Source of the DNA: a virus
Virus record (IMG/VR): IMGVR_UViG_3300020196_001530
Reading direction: 5' to 3' (one strand)
DNA length: 22,946 nucleotides
Shown: positions 8,331 to 14,410 of the stretch, one piece after another
How the letters are laid out: every line of letters begins with the position of its first letter
How positions within the stretch are numbered: the first letter of the stretch is position 1
The notes under the pieces: model-generated
Database searches by the model: none
Seen by the model: the letters and a program-made list of their open reading frames with translations, nothing else
Told to the model about the DNA's origin: nothing
Program-made: the position numbers and the translations under genes

Positions 8331-8401
8331 GCGAGTGTGGTGTAGCGGTAACATGCGAGCCTTCCAAGCTCTTGTCACGGGTTCGATCCCCGTCACTCGC
8401 T
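8331..8401 (+). tRNA. tRNA-Gly (TCC)
   Basis: Acceptor GCGAGTG/CACTCGC, anticodon arm GAGC-CTTCCAA-GCTC, T-arm ACGGG-TTCGATC-CCCGT. Confidence 0.94.
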
Positions 8402-8474
8402 CTCCTCTGGTAGTCCATTGGTAAGGACACCCCGACAAGGGAGTTGGAAACTGGGTTCGATTCCCAGACAGAGG
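8402..8474 (+). tRNA. tRNA-like element, isotype undetermined, possible pseudo-tRNA
   Basis: CCTCTGG/ACAGAGG acceptor (six pairs), D-arm GTCC-ATTGGTAA-GGAC, T-arm CTGGG-TTCGATT-CCCAG. The central arm CCCCGACAAGGGAG has no U33 and only about 3 bp. Confidence 0.55.
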
Positions 8475-8531
8475 TACACAAAAGACCTTGAGAGCAATCT
8501 CTAAACTGTAGGTTGGTTCACCTACATCTAT

Positions 8532-8604
8532 TCCCATCGACCGAGCAAGCGAACGGGCCCGACTGTTAATCGGAGATTGGTAGGGGCAGTACCTACGATG
8601 GGAG
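8532..8604 (+). tRNA. tRNA-Asn-like (GTT) with non-canonical D- and T-loops
   Basis: TCCCATC/GATGGGA acceptor, D-arm CCG-AGCAAGCGAA-CGG, anticodon loop CTGTTAA, T-arm GTAGG-GGCAGTA-CCTAC, exactly 73 nt with a 5-nt variable loop. Confidence 0.75.
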
Positions 8605-8621
8605 TTCTAACACACTTCTAA

Positions 8622-8629
8622 TATAAATA
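8622..8629 (+). promoter_or_regulatory. T4-like late promoter
   Basis: TATAAATA, 23 bp upstream of the HNH ORF start. Confidence 0.7.
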
Positions 8630-8651
8630 ATATAAGAACTGTGTTAGTATT

Positions 8652-9161
8652 GTGGAAAAAGATTATTTAACTCAACTGGTTGCTGACGGAAAAAGCATTA
8701 GGCAAATTTCTAAAATTGTCAATAAAAGTAATGGTGCCGTAAGACACTGGTTAAGAAAATATAATCTTACAACTTATAAACCACCAAAATATGTGGATAA
8801 TTGTAAGTTTTGTAATGTAAAACTTACTACAGAAAATACTTATGATTCTAAAAAAAGATGGGCTTGTAAGTCTTGTCTTAACAAATATAGAAATAAACAA
8901 TTTGTAATCACTAAACATAAAATGTTAGAATACAAAGGTGGAAAATGTATTTGTTGTGGATTCGATAAACATTATTCTGCATTAGATTTTCATCATTTAG
9001 ACCCATCAATTAAAGAATTTAATTTAACTCGTAACAGTATTGGATGGGACAAACTCAAACAAGAACTTGACAAATGTGTTCTTTTATGCTCTAATTGTCA
9101 TAGAATGATACACGCAGGAGTTATTCAATTGCCCGATGACCCAGCAAGTGAAGGGACCTGA
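8652..9161 (+). CDS. HNH (homing-type) endonuclease with N-terminal HTH-like segment
   Basis: GTG start; SIRQISKIVNKSNGAVRHWLRKYNL HTH-like; zinc ribbon CKFC...CKSC; HNH core CICCGFDKHYSALDFHHLDP...VLLCSNCHRMIH. Confidence 0.88.
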   Translation: MEKDYLTQLVADGKSIRQISKIVNKSNGAVRHWLRKYNLTTYKPPKYVDNCKFCNVKLTTENTYDSKKRWACKSCLNKYRNKQFVITKHKMLEYKGGKCICCGFDKHYSALDFHHLDPSIKEFNLTRNSIGWDKLKQELDKCVLLCSNCHRMIHAGVIQLPDDPASEGT

Positions 9162-9203
9162 TTTACACTCAGGCATCGACGGGAGCGTTACCTGTATCGG
9201 GCA
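9131..9203 (+). tRNA. tRNA-Val-like (TAC) with non-canonical D- and T-loops
   Basis: GCCCGAT/ATCGGGC acceptor, D-arm CCC-AGCAAGTGAA-GGG, anticodon arm CCTGA-TTTACAC-TCAGG, T-arm ACGGG-AGCGTTA-CCTGT, exactly 73 nt. Overlaps the 3' end of the HNH ORF. Confidence 0.78.
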
Positions 9204-9208
9204 TACTT

Positions 9209-9216
9209 GATAAATA
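9209..9216 (+). promoter_or_regulatory. T4-like late promoter
   Basis: GATAAATA (one mismatch to TATAAATA), 34 bp upstream of 9251. Confidence 0.55.
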
Positions 9217-9250
9217 TTCAAAAAGTTTTAAGTGAATATGGTAAAGAAAA

Positions 9251-9502
9251 ATGATTTCAATACGATGCAAAGACTGCAATAAAGAAATAACGGGTCATCC
9301 TACCAAAACAGTGTCCTGCGGTTGTCCGAATATGGCAACGATTCGTGGTGATAAGATTTCTGCTGTTGACTTATCCCGTGTTGTTATGTTAAACTCTATC
9401 AAGGAACCACAAAAAACAAATGTGCTTTCTTCTCAAGACCTTGCTTTTCAGGAGGCAAGACGACAACGTAAAGTTCGTCGTTTAGATTTTGAGGTTCGTT
9501 GA
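9251..9502 (+). CDS. Conserved hypothetical phage protein (83 aa)
   Basis: ORF with RBS-like aaagaaaaatg context and CxxC/CxC residues (CKDC...CGC). Confidence 0.7.
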   Translation: MISIRCKDCNKEITGHPTKTVSCGCPNMATIRGDKISAVDLSRVVMLNSIKEPQKTNVLSSQDLAFQEARRQRKVRRLDFEVR

Positions 9503-9514
9503 ACCTCTAATATT

Positions 9515-9601
9515 GGTAGCGTGGCAGAGTCCGGTTTATTGCGCTTGTCTTGAAAACAAGTGAGGGTAACACCTCCGTTAGTTCGAATCTAACCGCTACC
9601 G
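9515..9601 (+). tRNA. tRNA-Ser (TGA)
   Basis: Acceptor GGTAGCG/CGCTACC, anticodon arm CTTGT-CTTGAAA-ACAAG, long class II variable arm, T-loop TTCGAAT. Confidence 0.94.
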
Positions 9602-9681
9602 TTTAAACAGTTACATAAGATACAGATTTAAGATTTTATTCCGTTTTCTGTATCGTAGTGTTACAGAATCCTGACACTTAG

Positions 9682-9712
9682 TTGACTTTGGAAAACCTGT
9701 GATTAGTATATA
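9682..9712 (+). promoter_or_regulatory. Possible sigma70-like promoter
   Basis: TTGACT...TATATT with a 19-nt spacer upstream of the 9734 ORF; spacing is suboptimal. Confidence 0.4.
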
Positions 9713-9733
9713 TTAGTAATACGAATCACAGAC

Positions 9734-9883
9734 ATGGACCAACATACCTATAATAATTGGGTCCGTATAAAGGAAACATTTGAAGCATCTGGTAATACAG
9801 ATAACATGTTTTATAAGAGAGCAGTGGAGATAGTTAAGACAAGAAGAGATCCTCTAGCAAAGTTTCTTGGAGATGAAAAGTGA
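9734..9883 (+). CDS. Small hypothetical protein (49 aa), absent from the ORF track
   Basis: MDQHTYNNWVRIKETFEASGNTDNMFYKRAVEIVKTRRDPLAKFLGDEK*, with TGATG overlap to the next ORF. Confidence 0.65.
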   Translation: MDQHTYNNWVRIKETFEASGNTDNMFYKRAVEIVKTRRDPLAKFLGDEK

Positions 9884-10050
9884 TGGAACCTCATGATGAG
9901 TTCATTAGTCGATCGGAAGTTCAAGAGATGATTGACCAGGCTATTGACAAGCACAATAAAACTGCTACAATAATCTCATCGGCAATCGGTTCGGTTCTGC
10001 TTTTCTTTTATGCACATGGTGTTATTGCCATTATAGATAGAGTACGATGA
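9883..10050 (+). CDS. Small single-pass membrane protein (55 aa), absent from the ORF track
   Basis: MEPHDEFISRSEVQEMIDQAIDKHNKTATIISSAIGSVLLFFYAHGVIAIIDRVR*; one hydrophobic helix. Confidence 0.65.
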   Translation: MEPHDEFISRSEVQEMIDQAIDKHNKTATIISSAIGSVLLFFYAHGVIAIIDRVR

Positions 10051-10109
10051 GACATCTTGCTGGGGTACTACTCAACAATCAAGTATTCTTATTCATTTTA
10101 TGCTATCTC

Positions 10110-10138
10110 TTGACAATGGTTCCCATCTTAGGTATAAT
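10110..10138 (+). promoter_or_regulatory. Perfect-consensus sigma70 promoter
   Basis: TTGACA - 17 nt - TATAAT, 22 bp upstream of tRNA-Pro. Confidence 0.9.
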
Positions 10139-10160
10139 GATCATACACAAAAACAAATAA

Positions 10161-10234
10161 CGGGGTGTAGCTCAGTTTGGTAGAGCGCTGCTTTTGGGAA
10201 GCAGAAGTCGTAGGTTCGAATCCTGTCACCCCGA
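10161..10234 (+). tRNA. tRNA-Pro (TGG)
   Basis: Acceptor CGGGGTG/CACCCCG, anticodon arm CTGCT-TTTGGGA-AGCAG, T-loop TTCGAAT. Confidence 0.94.
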
Positions 10235-10250
10235 CTCATAAACTCACCTT

Positions 10251-10478
10251 ATGAAAATGCAAGAAATTTCTGAACTTCAATCATTCACTGTAGAAGAGTT
10301 TCAATCTGACTTTGACAATCTTATGAACAGAGTAGAACGAGGAGAATCATTTATCATAACCAGTGAGCACGGTAACGCAGTTATGGTGCCATATAAGGAA
10401 GTGGTACAGGTCTTTGAGGATTGTGGTGTGAGTGAGGATATAATACGAATACACACCGACCACGAAGAAGGTTCGTGA
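10251..10478 (+). CDS. Phd/YefM-like antitoxin-family protein with no adjacent toxin
   Basis: FTVEEFQSDFDNLMNRVERGESFIITSEHGNAVMVPYKEV matches the Phd/YefM N-terminal pattern. Confidence 0.65.
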   Translation: MKMQEISELQSFTVEEFQSDFDNLMNRVERGESFIITSEHGNAVMVPYKEVVQVFEDCGVSEDIIRIHTDHEEGS

Positions 10479-10485
10479 TTTTCAT

Positions 10486-10557
10486 GGGGGTATAGCTTAA
10501 TGGTTAGAGCGGGCTCCTTATAAGGGCTTAGTCTGGGTTCAACTCCCAGTATCCCCA
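10486..10557 (+). tRNA. tRNA-Ile (TAT)
   Basis: Acceptor GGGGGTA/TATCCCC, anticodon loop CTTATAA, T-arm CTGGG-TTCAACT-CCCAG. Confidence 0.88.
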
Positions 10558-10560
10558 CTT

Positions 10561-10633
10561 GCTCGTTTAGCTATCTGGTGAAAGCACCGATCTCATAAAT
10601 CGGCAGAGGTCAGTTCAATCCTGACAACGAGCA
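10561..10633 (+). tRNA. tRNA-Met (CAT), or Ile2 if lysidinylated
   Basis: Acceptor GCTCGTT/AACGAGC, anticodon arm CCGAT-CTCATAA-ATCGG, T-arm GTCAG-TTCAATC-CTGAC. Confidence 0.88.
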
Positions 10634-10658
10634 TAAGACAGAAACACCTCTGTCCACC

Positions 10659-10687
10659 TTGACTTCTCCAAGTCAAACCCTTATAAT
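10659..10687 (+). promoter_or_regulatory. Sigma70 promoter for the 10710 gene
   Basis: TTGACT - 17 nt - TATAAT, 22 bp before the ATG at 10710. This argues against the TTG start at 10659 in the track. Confidence 0.8.
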
Positions 10688-10709
10688 ACTAAGGTCAACA
10701 TTCAAACAA

Positions 10710-10925
10710 ATGACTCTTAATTCTAAATTCAAGAAAGACATCCAAACTCTTCGTGGTGCAGCAAACGGCGATTTTTATCTTGATGTAAAGAATCCGAAAC
10801 TCTACAAAAAGGTTCGTCGGTACTATGAAAGTGAAGGTGTAGTATTCTCTGGTGATCCTCTGGATGATTATGAAATGCTTATGGAGTATGTGTATAATGA
10901 TCTTGAATCTGTTGAGGTTGCGTGA
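10710..10925 (+). CDS. Small conserved hypothetical protein (71 aa)
   Basis: ATG at 10710 (MTLNSKFKKDIQTLRGAANGDFYLDVKN...); the upstream extension contains the promoter. Confidence 0.7.
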   Translation: MTLNSKFKKDIQTLRGAANGDFYLDVKNPKLYKKVRRYYESEGVVFSGDPLDDYEMLMEYVYNDLESVEVA

Positions 10926-11170
10926 TGAAAGTAATCAGGAAACCAACTGTTCTTATGGAACGGTTTCCTTATCGTTATGTCCAAGTTGGCACCTTGGAAA
11001 TTAATGGGAAACCTGATTATCGTATTCAAAAGGTAGACTCTTATACTGGACGATATCGAGACATGTATCTTTGTGATAATGAAATGCAGTTGTTGACTGC
11101 TATGGAAGATTATGATTATACATGTTGGTTGGATCCAGATCGAGTTCCTTGTTATGTGAAAGACGATTAA
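10925..11170 (+). CDS. Small conserved hypothetical protein (81 aa)
   Basis: ATG at 10925 overlapping the previous TGA; the track GTG start is at 10922. Confidence 0.7.
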   Translation: MKVIRKPTVLMERFPYRYVQVGTLEINGKPDYRIQKVDSYTGRYRDMYLCDNEMQLLTAMEDYDYTCWLDPDRVPCYVKDD

Positions 11171-11275
11171 AGTTAGTATTCACACTGAAATGCTTTTATT
11201 GGTATTCAGACCATAATACTCATATATAAGACATGGAAAGTCTTTAAAAACCCTGGTCGGGAGCAAAACCCCTTT

Positions 11276-11509
11276 ATGTCAAAATCTGATATTCTCAGAT
11301 ACATTGGAAACATTCTTCTTCTATCAGGATACTTTTTCTTGTTGTGGGGAGATCCAAAATCTGGGTTGTTAGTTAAGTGTATAGGAAATGCATTTGTTAT
11401 TCCTTTTGCACTTAAGTATAAATTTTGGGACATCTTAATACTCTGTGGTTTTTACGCCGCAATTGAAATCCCAAAACTTATACAACTTTTCTTAGTTTCT
11501 CAAAACTAA
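11276..11509 (+). CDS. Small predicted membrane protein (77 aa)
   Basis: Hydrophobic stretches YIGNILLLSGYFFLLW and WDILILCGFYAAIEI. Confidence 0.6.
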   Translation: MSKSDILRYIGNILLLSGYFFLLWGDPKSGLLVKCIGNAFVIPFALKYKFWDILILCGFYAAIEIPKLIQLFLVSQN

Positions 11510-11637
11510 GTGGTGGAGTCAATATGACCCCTATGAGTTTCTTGCTTCTCTCAAGAGCAAGTGGTGCGGATGGGATCTTACTCCCGCCTGGTTTCCAATT
11601 TCCAGTCAAAGAATTGGTGGCGAGCCTGAGTTTATAG

Positions 11638-11666
11638 AGAGGGGTTTACATGACCCCTCTTTTTTT
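11638..11666 (+). terminator. Rho-independent terminator upstream of the glycan operon
   Basis: AGAGGGG-tttacatga-CCCCTCT followed by a T-run. Confidence 0.88.
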
Positions 11667-11673
11667 GTATAAT
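11645..11673 (+). promoter_or_regulatory. Sigma70-like promoter for the glycan operon
   Basis: TTTACA - 17 nt - TATAAT, 27 bp before the ATG at 11701; overlaps the terminator. Confidence 0.75.
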
Positions 11674-11700
11674 AGATAGTACAGAGATTATTAGTTCTTT

Positions 11701-12747
11701 ATGAGTCAATATGTAAAGAAAGCACTTGTGCTTGGTGCTGGTGGTTTTATTGGAAGTCACATGGTCAAAAGACTGCGAGCAGAAGGTTATTGGGTTCGCG
11801 GTGTGGATCTCAAGTATCCTGAGTTCTCAAAGACTGAAGCAAATGAGTTTATTATTGGAGACCTGAGAGATGTTGCCTTTGTAGAAAGAGTCATTCAATA
11901 CAAAGGTGATCGTGGTAACTTCTATAACTTTGTTCCATCACGATATCTTCAGGCATTTGATGAAGTATATCAGTTTGCTGCTGATATGGGTGGAGCAGGT
12001 TTCGTATTTACTGGAGAAAATGATGCAGATATTATGCACAACTCAGTGTCAATTAACCTGAATGTTCTTGAGTCTGTAAGAAAGTTTAATGATTTTCTTG
12101 GTAAGAATGTAACCAAGATCTTCTATTCTGGATCTGCTTGCATGTATCCAAAGCACAATCAACTTGATCCAGACAATCCCGATTGTCGTGAAGAGTCCGC
12201 ATATCCTGCTAACCCAGATTCCGAATATGGTTGGGAAAAACTCTTTTCAGAACGTCTGTATTTTGCTTATCATCGCAACTATGGTATTCCTGTACGTGTT
12301 GCTCGATACCACAATATTTTCGGACCAGAAGGAACTTGGACTGGTGGTAGGGAAAAAGCACCTGCGGCTATTTGTAGGAAAGTAGCAGAACTTCCTGAGG
12401 TTGGTGGAACAATCGAAGTATGGGGTGATGGTGAACAGACACGTTCCTTCCTCTTCATTGATGAATGTATTGAAGCAACTCGTCGTATGATGGATTCTAA
12501 CTTCATCGGTCCAGTCAATATTGGATCTGAGGAAATGGTAACTATCAATCAACTTGTCGATACTGTTTCTAAGGTTGCTGGAGTTCCTGTTAAACGTCAA
12601 CATAAACTTGATGCACCTCTTGGTGTTCGTGGTCGTAACTCCAATAATGATCTGATTCGTGAGAAGTTGGGTTGGGATTATGAACAGACCCTCGAAGAAG
12701 GTATTCGTAAAACTTATTTCTGGATTAAGGAACAACTTCAAAAATGA
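11701..12747 (+). CDS. GDP-mannose 3,5-epimerase-like NAD-dependent SDR
   Basis: Rossmann GAGGFIGSH, SGSACMYP, YGWEK catalytic motif, RVARYHNIFGPEGTWTGGREKAPAAICRK and GDGEQTRSFLFIDE, characteristic of GDP-mannose 3,5-epimerases. Confidence 0.85.
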   Translation: MSQYVKKALVLGAGGFIGSHMVKRLRAEGYWVRGVDLKYPEFSKTEANEFIIGDLRDVAFVERVIQYKGDRGNFYNFVPSRYLQAFDEVYQFAADMGGAGFVFTGENDADIMHNSVSINLNVLESVRKFNDFLGKNVTKIFYSGSACMYPKHNQLDPDNPDCREESAYPANPDSEYGWEKLFSERLYFAYHRNYGIPVRVARYHNIFGPEGTWTGGREKAPAAICRKVAELPEVGGTIEVWGDGEQTRSFLFIDECIEATRRMMDSNFIGPVNIGSEEMVTINQLVDTVSKVAGVPVKRQHKLDAPLGVRGRNSNNDLIREKLGWDYEQTLEEGIRKTYFWIKEQLQK

Positions 12748-13541
12748 CTATTAGTTTTAATCTTCTAGGACATCATGGAAGACTTGGAAACCAGATGTTC
12801 CAGTACGCAACATTAAAATCCATATCAACCAAACATGGATATGAGTTTACTATTCCTCCGAGTGATTTTAATGATCCATGGCACGATCATCAACTCTTTG
12901 AAGGATTTGAACTTTCTAGTCTTCCAAAAGAAAATATTCGAGTCAATCAAACAGATAAAAGAGTAGAGGAAGGTCACTTCCACTTTAACCAGGAACTTTA
13001 TGAAAAGTGTCCAGATGATGTAGATCTATTTGGATACTTTCAAACAGAGAAATATTTTCAAGATATTTCTGATGAGGTAAAAAAAGATTTTACCTTCAAA
13101 GATAATATTCTTTCTGTAGCAAAAGAGTATCGAAACTCAATTGATAGTGAGAAGGTTATCTCTCTTCATGTAAGAAGAGGTGATTATGTAAATCAACCTT
13201 GGCACGGTTGTTGTCCTCTGGAGTATTATCAACAAGCACTGTCTATGGTCGATTCTAATATTCCAGTGATCATCTTTACAGATGATCCTAAGTGGGCTCT
13301 TAGTCAGAATATTTTTTCATCCGATAGATTCTATGTTTCTCAAGGTAATAGTAATCTATTTGATATGTGCTTAATGACTCTTTGTGATTATCACATTATT
13401 GCAAATAGTTCTTTTAGTTGGTGGGGAGCTTGGTTATCTGATAGTAAAAAAGTTATTGCTCCAAATAGATGGTTTGGTCCTCCACTGAGTGAACAGAATG
13501 ATGTAAAAGATTTAGTTCCTGAGAGGTGGATTAAGATATGA
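12744..13541 (+). CDS. Glycosyltransferase family 11 (alpha-1,2-fucosyltransferase-like)
   Basis: GRLGNQMFQYATL, VISLHVRRGDYV, IIANSSFSWWGAWL motifs. Confidence 0.92.
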   Translation: MTISFNLLGHHGRLGNQMFQYATLKSISTKHGYEFTIPPSDFNDPWHDHQLFEGFELSSLPKENIRVNQTDKRVEEGHFHFNQELYEKCPDDVDLFGYFQTEKYFQDISDEVKKDFTFKDNILSVAKEYRNSIDSEKVISLHVRRGDYVNQPWHGCCPLEYYQQALSMVDSNIPVIIFTDDPKWALSQNIFSSDRFYVSQGNSNLFDMCLMTLCDYHIIANSSFSWWGAWLSDSKKVIAPNRWFGPPLSEQNDVKDLVPERWIKI

Positions 13542-14410
13542 TTGATCTTAGTAATGTAACCTTTATCATTCCTTTGAGGATTGATACTGATGATAGACTT
13601 AGAAATATTATTCTGGTCACTTCTTTTCTTCTGAATAAATTCAATTGCAAAATTATCATCAAAGAATCTGATGAAATGTCTAAGTTTAATGCTTGGGCAT
13701 TTCCAAAGATTAACTCTATCTGTGATACTAGGAATCTAAAGTATATCTTTGAAGAAAATCACGATGATCATTTTCATAGAACAAGACTTCTCAATGAAAT
13801 GGTCTTGATGTCAGAAACCGATATTGTAGTAAACTATGATACTGATATCGTTTTACCGATCAGTTCATATGTCAAAGCAAAGGAGATGATTGATTCTGGA
13901 GAGTATGATGTAGTATATCCTTATAAGTTTGGTGAGTATAGTGAAAGAAAAGTATTTCCTAAAACGAAGGTTGAAGATGAAGATGATTTGAATAATTTTT
14001 TCAGAGATCCTTTTGTCAAGAAGTTTATTGATCAATTTGATCCAAAAGTTCTTGATGAGTATTATGGATATGCTCAGAATGTAAATGGAATAGGTTGGGC
14101 TGAGTATGGAATGGTTCAGTTCTTTAAAACGGAAGTTTATAAGAAGGGATACTTAGAGAATGAAAACTTTATTGCATATGCTCCAGAAGATGTAGAAAGA
14201 CATCATAGATGGAAACTTTTGGGATATAATGTTGGTAGAGTAGATAGTCATGCATATCACTTAGAGCATAAGAGAACTGAAAACTCTTGGTTTAATAATC
14301 CTTTTATGCAAAAAAATAATGAGTTGTGGGAATACTTAAAGAGTCTTTCAAAAGAAGAAGTTATAGAGTATTATGAGAATCAAGAGTATGTGAAGGAGAA
14401 ATTAAAATGA
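13538..14410 (+). CDS. Putative GT-A-fold glycosyltransferase
   Basis: NVTFIIPLRID...RTRLLNEMVLMSETDIVVNYDTDIVLP, with a DxD-like motif (DTD). Confidence 0.75.
   Translation: MIDLSNVTFIIPLRIDTDDRLRNIILVTSFLLNKFNCKIIIKESDEMSKFNAWAFPKINSICDTRNLKYIFEENHDDHFHRTRLLNEMVLMSETDIVVNYDTDIVLPISSYVKAKEMIDSGEYDVVYPYKFGEYSERKVFPKTKVEDEDDLNNFFRDPFVKKFIDQFDPKVLDEYYGYAQNVNGIGWAEYGMVQFFKTEVYKKGYLENENFIAYAPEDVERHHRWKLLGYNVGRVDSHAYHLEHKRTENSWFNNPFMQKNNELWEYLKSLSKEEVIEYYENQEYVKEKLK

Noticed and set aside
8310-8537. Minus-strand ORF (75 aa) over the tRNA cluster
   Set aside because: Antisense to tRNA genes; sequences like TGIEPVTRAWKARMLPLHH are a familiar tRNA-antisense artefact.
9619-9654. GATACAG/CTGTATC as a terminator
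   Set aside because: The loop is 22 nt and no T-tract follows, so this is not a credible intrinsic terminator.
10301-10558. Minus-strand ORF (85 aa)
   Set aside because: Spans the antisense of tRNA-Ile and the Phd-like ORF; GVEPRLSPYKEPALTIKLYPHE is tRNA-antisense-derived.
10659-10709. TTG-initiated N-terminal extension of the 10710 gene
   Set aside because: The segment contains the -35 and -10 elements of a good promoter, so it is unlikely to be translated.
11496-11676. Open reading frame reading ...YEFLASLKSKWCGWDLTPAWFPISSQRIGGEPEF...
   Set aside because: No ATG, GTG or TTG start was found in a sensible position. It runs through a clear terminator, so I treat the region as non-coding or structured, though a gene fragment cannot be excluded.
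12247-12741. Minus-strand ORF (164 aa)
   Set aside because: Shadow of the GDP-mannose 3,5-epimerase-like gene; no recognisable domain.
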